Origin: Octopus bimaculoides
Taxonomy: Eukaryota
Length of the DNA: 41,214 nt
Reading direction: 5' to 3'
Assembly (NCBI RefSeq): GCF_001194135.2
Contig: NC_068991.1
Span: 2,259,124 to 2,300,337 of the forward strand
Of this stretch, positions 27,004 through 38,308 are shown piece after piece. How positions within the stretch are numbered: position 1 is the first letter of the stretch; the number at the start of each line of letters is the position of its first letter. The notes below the pieces were generated by a model, which ran no database searches, had not been told where the DNA came from, and saw only the letters and a list, made by a program, of their open reading frames with translations. A program made the translations under genes and the position numbers.

Positions 27004-27375
27004 ACTATATGCATATATCTATAGATGCATACATTCATACATGTACACACACACACGCACACATACACACGCACACAAACCTTTCCTCATATGCTTCAAA
27101 GAATTCTCCGTTCCTGAGATCGTAATGGATGACTTTTTCGATGAATAAAATTTTTGGTATAAAATGCTTTTCACAAACCTCCTCCGCCTCCAGTTTGTCT
27201 GTGTTCGCGAGTTGCTCTTGTTCTCAAGAGCCTACATCTCCGTTTAATATATATATATATATATATATAATCTATTTCCTGTATGTCTTAAGGCATTTCC
27301 TTCCGTCAGTATCTTTCTCTCCAAGCTACATAGAAATATGCACACCTTATCTAATTAGAGGTTGCTACAACTTAC

Positions 27376-27466
27376 CTTTACGGCGACAGGGTACTCCTGG
27401 TAACCACGGACAATATTGCTAAGGTAGCCTTGGTACACTTCTCCAAACGCACCCTGACCAATGGGC
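27376..27466 (-). CDS. ALK: kinase exon, Gly-rich loop (PIGQGAFGEVYQGYLSNIVRGYQEYPVAVK)
   Basis: ttcttacag acceptor and AAG|gtaagt donor; 91 nt; GxGxFG and VAVK motifs. Confidence 0.96.
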
Positions 27467-27599
27467 CTGTAAGAATTAATTGAGCAAAACGCATTTAGTA
27501 CGAAATATTAGTTATTACTAATTTGAATATATATATACACACACACACATATATACATATCCGAGTGTGTATAGAAGTATATATTAATCAACACCTTAC

Positions 27600-27801
27600 C
27601 TGACCAGATACACGTGACTCCGTGGTAATTGACGTATGTTGGCACTCTCTGGGTACATCATGCTGATGTCATAAGTGGGGTTGATCTCCGTACCAATACG
27701 ATCACCATCACGGGCCAGAGGTATAATAGGTGCCTGCTTGCACATTGTTTTTAAGTGTTCCACACGGCTGGCCATTATGAGGCGCTGGCGTCGCTTCCAG
27801 A
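27600..27801 (-). CDS. ALK: juxtamembrane exon (WKRRQRLIMASRVEH...TEINPTYDISMMYPESANIRQLPRSHVYLVR)
   Basis: cattcccag acceptor and TCAG|gtaagg donor; 202 nt, phase 1 to 2. Contains an NPxY PTB-docking motif and an LPR...L.R segment like ALK VPRKNITLIR. Confidence 0.92.
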
Positions 27802-28063
27802 CTGGGAATGGAATAATACAAGAATAAACATGTGTAAACATGTGTATGTGTGCGTGTGTGTGAGTGCGCGCGCGTGTGTATATGTATATAGTAAATCCAT
27901 ATATATATATACGCTCACACACATATATGGTATGTGTGTGTGTGTATATAAATAAATAAATAAATATATAAATACATATATATATATATGTATGTATAAA
28001 TATGTGTTTATATATATATATATATATTTATATAAATTTTATATAATTTTAAATAATTTTAAA

Positions 28064-28094
<31 letters not shown>

Positions 28095-28366
28095 NNNNNN
28101 NNNNNNNNNNNNNNNNNNNNNNNNNNNNNNNNNNNNNNNNNNNNNNNNNNNNNNNNNNNNNNNNNNNNNNNNNNNNNNNNNNNNNNNNNNNNNNNNNNNN
28201 NNNNNNNNNNNNNNNNNNNNNNNNNNNNNNNNNNNNNNNNNNNNNNNNNNNNNNNNNNNNNNNNNNNNNNNNNNNNNNNNNNNNNNNNNNNNNNNNNNNN
28301 NNNNNNNNNNNNNNNNNNTATATATCTATATATATATATATATAAATATATATATATATATTACAC

Positions 28367-28461
28367 ATACGACGGGCTTCTTTAAGTTTCCGTCTACCGA
28401 ATCCACTCACAAGGCTCTGGAAGGCCCGAGGCTATAGTAGAAAACACTTGCCCAAAGATGC
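28367..28461 (-). mobile_element. CORE-like SINE family C fragment
   Basis: gacgggcttcttt..gtttccgtctacc.aatccactcacaaggct..ggcccgaggctatagtagaa.acacttgccca. Confidence 0.75.
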
Positions 28462-29843
28462 ATATGTTTTAATGTTATACATAAAAGAGTATTTTGTGTT
28501 TGTGTGTGTGTGTATAATATATACTCGTATATACATACACAAACTGGCATCTGCGAACGTTCACGAAATAAACAGTGCAGTGAATTAAAGTTTATATGCA
28601 TTATGTACATGGAATAAATCATGCAGCCAGTTACGTGCACAATATCGATGCAATGCCGATACCGGACACTGTTCGATTAGGGTCCTCTACTAAATGGTTT
28701 GCTTATTAAATACACACTGAAAACACCTGTGTGTCTTTAAACATGTTGCCCTAACATAGCGGACATTGCAGATTGACGGCTCATTTCCGGTCATGATATG
28801 TATTGTAGAGAGTAATATAGCTGGGTGTCACGGAAGGTAGTTGAGGTGACGTAAGATGACCGATATATGGGAAGTGAGAGGAGGAGATATGCAGGAACTC
28901 GATTCGGTTTTAGCGTAGTTATATTGTGGGCTTTGTACATACGTCAGCATTGGAGTATGCACAGATGTAGTCATGCTCACACAGGTGACGTCTTCACAAT
29001 AAATGCATACAATGTGTACACCTGTACATACATACACACACACACATACATACATACATACATACATACATACATACATACATACATAGTATGCTTATAT
29101 ATACTTATGTAACATATATATCGATACGTTCGTACATATATATATATATATATATATATANNNNNNNNNNNNNNNNNNNNNNNNNNNNNNNNNNNNNNNN
29201 NNNNNNNNNNNNNNNNNNNNNNNNNNNNNNNNNNNNNNNNNNNNNNNNNNNNNNNNNNNNNNNNNNNNNNNNNNNNNNNNNNNNNNNNNNNNNNNNNNNN
29301 NNNNNNNNNNNNNNNNNNNNNNNNNNNNNNNNNNNNNNNNNNNNNNNNNNNNNNNNNNNNNNNNNNNNNNNNNNNNNNNNNNNNNNNNNNNNNNNNNNNN
29401 NNNNNNNNNNNNNNNNNNNNNNNNNNNNNNNNNNNNNNNNNNNNNNNNNNNNNNNNNNNNNNNNNNNNNNNNNNNATGTATGACTATGTCTCTCTATGAG
29501 CGTGAGGTTTTATGTGTATTAACTGATGGCTGCGAAGATATGCGCATAATGAAAACTTGTTTTGTTCTACAATTATAGATTATCAACCGATTTTACTGTT
29601 AGTGTCTTCATATTCAAAATCGTGGAATAAGTATCGTCAGGCATAAGTTGACATCTCATTGCCCCTCCCCTTAGCTGGGAATGAGAGTCGGTGAGATGTC
29701 AGCAGCTATCTGAAGAAAGTTATTCAATTTGAGTATTTTGAAAGTAATTAAGGCTCTATAATTGTAATGCAAACACACACACGCACTCACACACACACAC
29801 AAGTATGCGCACAAACACATACACACATACACTCTCCTCACAG

Positions 29844-29982
29844 CATACACAATGTCAACTGTTTATTATACTTCTGTATACACTTCACTTAAAGACAGAC
29901 TGGATGATCACGGCTGGAGTGTCATTAATCATACACTAAGTACTAGAAGTCATACGCCACTTACACACACACGCACACACAC

Positions 29983-30018
<36 letters not shown>

Positions 30019-30240
30019 CACACGACACACACATATACATATACATACATATATGGCTGTGTGGACACTAACACTGATTTTAGGAGTTTCGTGTTCTGAG
30101 GTTTTTCGATGTGAAAAGTCCCAAATGGACGAGATTTCAACGTTGTTTTCAACTTGATGAAACTATTTCATTTCATTTAATGTATTAACTTCTTTATTCA
30201 GTTAAGTTGTCACGTGCATTCGCACATACACAAACACACA
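29844..30240 (+). repeat. local direct duplication, copy 2
   Basis: Near-identical to 26466-26900. Confidence 0.9.
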
Positions 30241-30319
30241 CTCTCTCTCTCTCTCTCACACACACACATACATGCAGCCACACAACACATTTAGCAACAA
30301 AAGTAATGGGTATACTTAC

Positions 30320-30385
30320 ATAAATAGACGGCTACCATTGATGTTAGACTTATCAGTATACTGACCACCAGCCAAATATTGAACA
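30320..30385 (-). CDS. ALK: transmembrane exon (VFNIWLVVSILISLTSMVAVYL-F)
   Basis: ttcttttgtcttccag acceptor and TAT|gtaagt donor; 66 nt, phase 1-1. About 22 hydrophobic residues, followed after splicing by the WKRRQR stop-transfer basic cluster. Confidence 0.85.
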
Positions 30386-31858
30386 CTGGAAGACAAAAGA
30401 ATTATCCAGATGAAAGCATGCGTGCACGCGTGTGTGCATGTGTATGATGTATACTGTGGTGTGTGTGTGTGTGTGTGTGTGTGCGTATGTGTGCGTGCGA
30501 AAGTGCATGTGTGTGTGTGCTTGCGCAAGTGTGTGTTTGTGAATGACTGTGTATATTACCAAGCTATATTACCAAGCTGTGTATATTACCAAGCTAGAAC
30601 GATAGCAGTCATCGGATATCCTCGGTGTTCTTTGGCCCTCAGCCATCTTTGTGACTAAGTAGACTTATGATTAAAAAAATCCAGTTATGACCATCTTACC
30701 TTTTTGTATACCCAACGTCTACATAGTCCAAAGTATTCTGCTTATTTACGACAGAGATCTTGCTACTACTTCTACGATAAAATGCGTTTCGACCGCGACG
30801 ATCCAATCTTTTGGCACCGCTTATCCAAATTCTCTTTGAACTAGTGTGAGCTTCCATTTTCTTTGAGAGGTCGGAGGTTATGGTTTGAGGGGGTTGTCGT
30901 TGTCAGTTTCCGCAGGTCGAGAATAAGAGAAGAGTCTTCTAAAGTCATATTGATATTGGTTTCGCTTTTGATTATCTTGTCTGTTTTGAGTGTTTCATTT
31001 CACTTTGGTTCTTGATTCAAAGACTCCCTATTAATGACAATCATGCATACAACAAAACTACCATAAACTAAGAAACCAACCCCTTAAGAAGTTTAACCCT
31101 ACGAAAACAGAGAACAACTTAAAACAACGAGAACACAATATTTAATAGATTCACGGACAAGAAGAATAGCAAACATATTATCATCATCAGCTGCCTCACA
31201 GGCATCATATATGAATGTGTGTGTGTATGCGTGTTATACCCCGCTGGTAAATTCTCGCGCCGGTCAACGGCTCTTAACGCTACTTAATGGCTGACTTGTA
31301 CAAAAGAATTGGCAGATTAAAAAGCTGGTCCATTTAATCATAACTTCGTCTCATGATTGCGACTGTTTATTATGGAGAAAAAAAAAGAAGAGAAAAACGA
31401 ATGTAAAAGGAAATGTAAAAGGAGGAGATGAAACGGAAAGGAAAAACAATGACAGAAAGAGAGAAAGAAAGAAAGAAAGAAGGAAGGAAAGTGTATCNNN
31501 NNNNNNNNNNNNNNNNNNNNNNNNNNNNNNNNNNNNNNNNNNNNNNNNNNNNNNNNNNNNNNNNNNNNNNNNNNNNNNNNNNNNNNNNNNNNNNNNNNNN
31601 NNNNNNNNNNNNNNNNNNNNNNNNNNNNNNNNNNNNNNNNNNNNNNNNNNNNNNNNNNNNNNNNNNNNNNNNNNNNNNNNNNNNNNNNNNNNNNNNNNNN
31701 NNNNNNNNNNNNNNNNNNNNNNNNNNNNNNNNNNNNNNNNNNNNNNNNNNNNNNNNNNNNNNNNNNNNNNNNNNNNNNNNNNNNNNNNNNNNNNNNNNNN
31801 NNNNNNNNNNNNNNNNNNNNNNNNNNNNNNNNNNNNNNCTATATATATATATATATAG

Positions 31859-31920
<62 letters not shown>

Positions 31921-32400
31921 CCTCCCCCTCTCTCTCTCTATCTTTATTCATTTGCTTCTTCTTTTCTTTCTTCCAAACACCTCCCACTGCCACTAACCAT
32001 ACCTCGTGTCCTGGTTTGTGATTAATTTCGAAGTTGCTTTAATAGATTTTCATATTTAAACTACGAGATTCGACTCTACAATTTAAATGCATATTATGTA
32101 TGTCGTGTGTGTATGTGCGTGGGTGTTGCGAGTTAGTGCATTCTTGCAGAAAACGCATAAGAAACAGTCGCATGTAAATATGCTCATAGAACGAAATGCT
32201 TAATGTATAAGCATATATAAGCTACTGTCAGGCTTGAAGTGATGCAGAAGACAGAATTGTTGGGTACAGCTCGCATTCTTAGGAGAGTATTGTCTCTTTG
32301 GGTCAAATGAGAAGAAGGTACTACTAGGAAGCTTTGGTGATTTGTTATTGCCTGCTTTCAAGTAAAGAACAACCGCAAATAGAACAGCGAGAATCAAAAC

Positions 32401-32443
<43 letters not shown>

Positions 32444-32725
32444 TGTATACGAATATTTATTTTGAATATTTACCCATTCTGATATATANNNNNNNNNNNN
32501 NNNNNNNNNNNNNNNNNNNNNNNNNNNNNNNNNNNNNNNNNNNNNNNNNNNNNNNNNNNNNNNNNNNNNNNNNNNNNNNNNNNNNNNNNNNNNNNNNNNN
32601 NNNNNNNNNNNNNNNNNNNNNNNNNNNNNNNNNNNNNNNNNNNNNNNNTTTTCTTTCCTCAGTCGAGATCCAGATTATCTTTGCAATTTCGGCTGGTTAT
32701 TCTCGATTTTGCTCCAATCTGGCCA

Positions 32726-32767
<42 letters not shown>

Positions 32768-33042
32768 GTGTCCGTTAGGGTATACCACACGTACACACAC
32801 ATGTTTATGTGTAATTATATGTGTGTGCGTTTTTGAGTGTGTTTGTGTGTGTATGTGTGTGTGCGCAGGCGCGTTTATTTGTAGAGGAAGCCTCTGATTA
32901 CATATGCTACCAAGTGTTCATTACCGTCGAAATGGCTTCGTCTTTCGTCCAGCAATGATATCAATAGGCATCGGTTTCCACACAGAAACACAGAAACACA
33001 CACACACACACACACACATAAATATGCATATACTTGTATGCA

Positions 33043-33100
<58 letters not shown>

Positions 33101-33415
33101 TGCGTGTATATGTGTTGTTGTGTGTAAGCGGTATACCCTAACGGGCACTTGATACATGAGCGATAATTACTTCATGATATTTGGCTAGATTAGAAATTTG
33201 AATTTGTAATTAAAGAATTTGTAATTAAAGGGCGAAGACGCATCGAATTCATATATTTATCTATGTTTGTTTACTTTCTATGAAGTTCTTACAATTTCTT
33301 CGTCAGTGGTAATCATGTACAACACTATTTCATTCTTTTTAGAAATCACCAGTATGACGTAAAATGAAGTATTTTAATTAAACTTTTGATGAAGTTGAGA
33401 GAAAGTGGGAAAGGG

Positions 33416-33493
<78 letters not shown>

Positions 33494-33552
33494 AAGAGAG
33501 AGAAATAAACGGATACAAAGTGAAATGGCGAAGAGAGTGCTGAAGAACCTAC

Positions 33553-33606
33553 CATTGTGACGAACAAAACGGGTGGAACCATTGCGTTCTGTGATTAAAG
33601 GAGAAT
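33553..33606 (-). CDS. ALK: stalk exon (DSPLITERNGSTRFVRHN)
   Basis: Strong ttttgtttcatttcag acceptor and ATG|gtaggt donor; 54 nt, phase 1-1; NGS sequon. Confidence 0.65.
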
Positions 33607-33747
33607 CTGAAATGAAACAAAATAGTATATATCACATAATGTATGTATGTGTGTGTGTATGTATGTATGTATGTATGTATGTGTGTGTGTATGTGCGTAT
33701 GTATATTTGTATGTACGTGTAAAAATGTATGTTTGTATGTATGTATT

Positions 33748-33960
33748 CTTTTATCTGTTTCAGTCGTTTGACTGCGGCCATGCTGGAGCACCACCTCTTA
33801 GTCGAAGAAATTGACCCCAGGACTTATTCTTTGTAAGCCTGGTACTTATTCTATCGGATATTTTTGTCGAACCGCTGAGTTACGGGGACGTAAACACACC
33901 AACATCGGTTGTGAAGCGATGGTGGTGGGGGACAAACACAGACACAAACACACGCACATA
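33748..33960 (-). mobile_element. SINE family C, 3' part
   Basis: tgtttcagtcgtttgactgcggccatgctggagcacc...gttacggggacgtaaacacaccaacatcggttgt; similar copies at about 17455-17585 and 21375-21585. Confidence 0.75.
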
Positions 33961-34167
33961 AATATATACATATACAGTGGTGGACTGGGTCTAAAAATAT
34001 TGGTTGCCAGGAGACTAAAAGGGCCCATCCGCAACTACAAGGGGTCCCACCTGCAGCTACAAGGAGCCCCACCCACAACTACAATGCTATCATTTGATTT
34101 TTTTTTAAAGTCTTAATCATTATAATAAACCCAGAAGGTTTGCGAATATGTGAAACATTCCACTTAC

Positions 34168-34272
34168 CCCCTCGATCACTATAGCAGACCGTTGAAGAAT
34201 TGTGGTAAAACGTGGCGTTTTTCTTGTATTTCGCTGCATTCGTTGCGCTTCCGTTAGCTGATTCTAACAAAC
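34168..34272 (-). CDS. ALK: stalk exon (GLLESANGSATNAAKYKKNATFYHNSSTVCYSDRG)
   Basis: tttctattgacag acceptor and GGG|gtaagt donor; 105 nt, phase 1-1. Three N-glycosylation sequons (NGS, NAT, NSS). Confidence 0.75.
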
Positions 34273-34384
34273 CTGTCAATAGAAACATTAATAATAATCG
34301 ACATCTTTTATCTTTTACTTCTCTCAGGAAGAGCTTTTTTGGACAAACGAATCTACCCTTGTACTTTAAAAACAAAAAAAAAAT

Positions 34385-34645
34385 AAAGCCTGGTACTTAA
34401 ACTATTGACCTCTTTTGCCGAACTAGTAAGTTACGGGAACGTAAACAAACCAACACTGGTTGTCAATCGGTGGTGGGGGACAAACACAGACATAAAGATA
34501 CACACACACACGACGGTCTTTCATTTTCCTGCTATAAAATCCACTCACAAGGCTTTGGTCATTCTGAGGCAATAGTAGAAGACACTTGCCCAAGGCTCCA
34601 CACTGTGGGACTGAACCGGGAACCATGTATTTTGAAAGCAAACGC
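34385..34645 (-). mobile_element. SINE family C, diverged, spanning head and body
   Basis: Body as at 33748; head gacacttgcccaagg..gtgggactgaacc.ggaaccatgt. Confidence 0.75.
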
Positions 34646-34785
34646 CTGTGCTTAGAAGAATTTATAAATTTTAAGAGAGCTTAGAATAATTCTTGTTCTG
34701 TTTTTTTTGAAATGGTCGAATAGGAATTAGATTAAGCTATATATTGGGTTACAAAGTCCTTTTGATAGAATAAGTTGAAGGTTAC

Positions 34786-34860
34786 CTGTAGTACTCGAAT
34801 CCACATCTGTGACCATGAGAGATGTTCTACAATTGAACCAAAGTAATACTTCGAATTTCT
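34786..34860 (-). CDS. ALK: putative stalk exon (EKFEVLLWFNCRTSLMVTDVDSSTT)
   Basis: cttctgatag acceptor and ACAG|gtaacc donor; 75 nt, phase 1-1, open and in frame with its neighbours. No recognisable domain motif. Confidence 0.5.
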
Positions 34861-35033
34861 CTATCAGAAGTACGAGTCCTACGTGTAACCTTCGACTTTT
34901 TCTACTCAAAGGGTTTTTTAGACCCATTATTTTACACGCTATTATTTATAGCTTGTCTACTTAAAGATTCTACGTTCATACTTTTTATCTTTATGAGGTC
35001 GATAAATCAAATTCTAATCAGGTAGTGGGCTTG

Positions 35034-35125
35034 ATTCTTCTTCTTCTTCTTCTTCTTCTTCTTCTTCTTCTTCTTCTTCTTCTTCTTCTTCTTCTTCTTC
35101 TTCTTCTTCTTCTTCTTCTTCTTCT
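35034..35125. repeat. (TTC)n microsatellite
   Basis: Direct reading; source of the poly-Leu pseudo-ORF 35025-35270. Confidence 0.95.
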
Positions 35126-35667
35126 CTCGCCCCTCTTCCCTCGGAGTCGGCTAAGTTACCTCGTGGGAAAGGTGGTGGTAGAAGGTTCTCTCACAGCGTC
35201 CCCTTTCTCTAGAAGCGGAGAAAGGCTGAGCAAGGAGACACCAACCTTTCAAAATCTGATATGTTATTGAACCCGAATCCAATAACGAACCAATAACTGA
35301 ACGCTAACCCAATAACGACTCGATGTTCACCAAATTTGAAATGGAGCGACTTCATTACAAGAAGCTTACTAACTTTACTCCTCACTCAGGTGGTCCTGGG
35401 TCCACTGAATCTTGTCACCAAAACTGAAGAGGTAGAAATCCGCTGGATTAACTGTAGCTGTTACTGGCTAATAGTCTTAATCCTTTGTTCGGTTTAACGC
35501 GACCCCTGCAGCGGATAATTGAATACTTTGATGTACTACAACGCACTGCAACAACCCATGAGTCAGCATTTCCCCGCTTTTTCTTAAAAACCTTCATAGA
35601 GAAAAGACCCTTGATAACGCCCCGTTTTCCTCTCATTAAACAATGTAAAAGATAATGAGATTAATTA

Positions 35668-35911
35668 TTGAGTTGGTGCATAATTATTGCGGCTTTTTTT
35701 CAACAAATTTTATTAAAAAAAAACAATAACATGTAACAAAAACATCTTTAAATGATTATTCCGGAGCATATTCACCATCTACTTCAATTACTGCTCCCCA
35801 TTTGCTTGGCAGACGGTCATTTAAAGATGCTTCTATTAAATATTATTATAGTTTTTGTTGAATAAAATTTGTTGAAAAAAAAAAAGTCGCAATAATTATG
35901 CACCAAGCCAA
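35668..35911 (-). mobile_element. mariner internal-deletion derivative (MITE)
   Basis: About 45-bp TIRs (ttgagttggtgcataattattgcggc / gtcgcaataattatgcaccaagccaa) with TA flanks. The internal minus strand encodes DRLPSKWGAVIEVDGEYAPE*, resembling the mariner transposase C-terminus. Confidence 0.85.
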
Positions 35912-35986
35912 TAGAACGACGTTGTGCTTTAGTTCGCAATCAACCATAATTGTTAAATTAAAATGATATTTCAGAAGTGATCTTAC

Positions 35987-36081
35987 CTTGAGCAAAACAT
36001 TCTGGAGACATGCTAATGTCGTCAATAGCAATATTGCAGTACTTCCCCGATCCACAGATGGCGTTGATTTGAAGTGAGTAG
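35987..36081 (-). CDS. ALK: ALK-like exon, end of MAM domain (YSLQINAICGSGKYCNIAIDDISMSPECFAQ)
   Basis: ctctttccacaccgcag acceptor and CAAG|gtaaga donor; 95 nt, phase 2 to 1. IAIDDIS....C is the MAM C-terminal signature. Confidence 0.9.
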
Positions 36082-36301
36082 CTGCGGTGTGGAAAGAGTC
36101 ACCTGGATAATTAGTAGGTATTTTTTTGGGATACGATCGGTATTTAAATAACTTAGTCATACGAAAATACAGGTATTCTTGTATCTTCAAACACGTGTAA
36201 GATTCATAAAATGTTGAATGCAGCCAGGTCTAAACAAGACCATCCGAAGAGAAATATTCTTGCGAAGAATCTTTGAAGAATGAGTAATGGATAAGACAAA
36301 T

Positions 36302-36336
<35 letters not shown>

Positions 36337-37325
36337 TGTTGCATTTCGGGACGGTCATATATTTATATCTGGAGTATAGTTGGCATATCACTGATGAGTG
36401 TGCGATTGGCGATGGAAGATTTTTTATTGGTTGCTTGATTCACAGAACAGTGAATCAAACTGTTGATCAGTTATTTACTTAGCTAATCGAAAGTAATTGA
36501 CCCATTAATAACAATTAGTGCTTTTGGTAGTGTAAAACAATGTAAAATAAACGTAATTCAAGAGATGGAGGTAATTAGAAAAAATATCAATAATGAGATG
36601 TTCAGGAATTGGATAAAATATAAGAATAGACGTTTATAAGTAAGAAAAGTGAGTAAAAATATTCTAGTGAAGCATGAGATTTTAATTAAAATTTTATCTC
36701 TAATGGTAATGAAACAATAATCTTCATCACGATAAGTATTGTTAAAAGGGCAAGGGAGACAATTCTGGAAATTAAATTAACTAAAAATATAGTACAGGAT
36801 ACAATGGGGGAGTAAACCTGCTCTTTGTTAGCATAGCGATTAACTTTCGTTATGTTTCAGCTTTATTGGACCTCATCAACGAAGAATAGTCTAACCATTA
36901 TTCCCAGATTTTCTTAGTAACTGAATTACAGATAGTAGATATTATAAAATATGGTGGGTAAAGTTCAGACATCCACTATTTGTTGGTAATGTATACAATG
37001 GATTAATTCATTCAACGGTCATCCATTTTTTAAGATAGAAAGATATGATTTGAAGGAGTTCTGCTCGATATTTCTAGTTCAGCGACTGCTTGGAGACTCT
37101 CTTATTGGTCCATGCGATCGTATAGAGGAGCCTTCGTTGAGTATTTGGAAGGCGGGTATTTGCTTATAATTTCAAGAGCGGGAAGAGCTGGAAAACATAT
37201 ATACGATGTATAGTTACATTTAAACCTTATGTGTGAATAACGGTGGCTATTCAAGCTAAAATTATCATAGGTGGTGCTTTAAAAACTAATGCAAATTCGG
37301 TTTGAAAGGTAGGCAAGTAACTCAC

Positions 37326-37498
37326 CTGTAGGTTACATTTATGACGGCCACAACTTTGTTCCAAGCATTTTCACCACCTGGAAGGGTATCAGATTTTCTC
37401 CACAAGGTTACTTTACTCTGATTCGTGTCACAGACGTTGACTATTTTCAATATAAGTCCAACCACATGGTAACCGTGGAAGTGGTAGAAAAATCGAAC
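37326..37498 (-). CDS. ALK: ALK-like exon, MAM domain (VRFFYHFHGYHVVGLILKIVNVCDTNQSKVTLWRKSDTLPGGENAWNKVVAVINVTY)
   Basis: tgcatttctag acceptor and ACAG|gtgagt donor; 173 nt, phase 0 to 2. Classic MAM pattern C.RF.YH..G...G.L....LW.....G..W..V. Confidence 0.9.
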
Positions 37499-37510
37499 CT
37501 AGAAATGCAA

Positions 37511-37527
37511 TGATAATAATAATAATG

Positions 37528-37582
<55 letters not shown>

Positions 37583-37615
37583 TAATAATAATAATAATGA
37601 TGATGATGATGATAA
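37511..37615. repeat. (ATA)n/(ATG)n microsatellite (SINE tail) abutting an exon acceptor
   Basis: Direct reading; ends 12 nt from the AG at 37499-37500. Confidence 0.9.
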
Positions 37616-37616
37616 T

Positions 37617-37830
37617 ACATTCTACTATAGGCACAAGGCCTGAAATTTTGGGGAGGGGCGTGTCGATTATATCGACCCCAGTGATTCACTGGTACACATT
37701 TCATCGATCCTGAAAGGATGAAAGGCAAAAATCGACCTTGGTGGAATTTGAACTTAGAACGACGTAAGGACGGACGAAATGCCGCTAAGCATTTTATCTG
37801 GTGTGCTAACGGTTCTGCCAACTCACCGCC
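37617..37830 (-). mobile_element. SINE family A, full length, with (ATA)n tail
   Basis: Complete head-to-tail match to 7231-7447 and 40219-40438. Confidence 0.85.
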
Positions 37831-38067
37831 CTACTACTACTACTACTACTACTACTACTATTACTACTACTACTACTACTAATAATAATGATAATAATCC
37901 GTGTCGGTTATTCGAGCTCGGATAACGGACACAGTCAACAACTATTGAAAAGGTTGCAAGACGCAACGAACATTTTAGGAAAAATAAAAAAGAAAAGTGG
38001 AAACTTTACTGGTGAGTGTGTTAAATAATAAGGCACTAAAAAAGAATGACTCTTCTCTGACACAACA

Positions 38068-38116
<49 letters not shown>

Positions 38117-38183
38117 CCGTATACTGTCATAAGAATGACAAAATATGATGCAATGACAAGAAGCTATAAATGGGATTTCTAAC

Positions 38184-38308
38184 CTTGCAGGTGTTTAAAT
38201 AAAGTGACTGGTTATTGATCGTCTGCTGCGGTGGCGGAGGGAAAACCACACTTTCCAAAATGGCGTAAGATGGCGAATCTGTGTACAGTTGAGTGTAAAT
38301 ATAGTAGC
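38184..38308 (-). CDS. ALK: ALK-like exon, MAM domain (GYYIYTQLYTDSPSYAILESVVFPPPPQQTINNQSLYLNTCK)
   Basis: tttctatttgcag acceptor and AAG|gttaga donor; 125 nt, phase 1 to 0. The GYY..A.L.S..FPPP..C pattern is typical of MAM domains in invertebrate ALK. Confidence 0.88.

Noticed and set aside
30700-30860. Strong donor (AAG|gtaaga) near the TM exon suggesting another stalk exon
   Set aside because: No acceptor gives an open phase 1-1 exon; the required frame has a stop 19 nt upstream of the donor.
32200-32440. Hydrophobic ORF (IIII..VLILAVLFAVVLYLK) as the TM exon
   Set aside because: It derives from an (ATT)n microsatellite, has no proper acceptor and only a weak GC donor. The exon at 30320-30385 has strong sites and the right phases.
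33976-34085. Three roughly 21-bp repeats (c.actacaagg.g.ccca) as a CRISPR-like array
   Set aside because: Eukaryotic context, tandem with no unique spacers; probably subterminal repeats of a decayed DNA transposon.
35386-35451. Possible extra 66-nt phase 1-1 stalk exon (VNPADFYLFSFGDKIQWTQDHL)
   Set aside because: In frame, but the acceptor lacks a pyrimidine tract and the donor is mediocre. It cannot be supported without RNA data and would not restore a Gly-rich domain.
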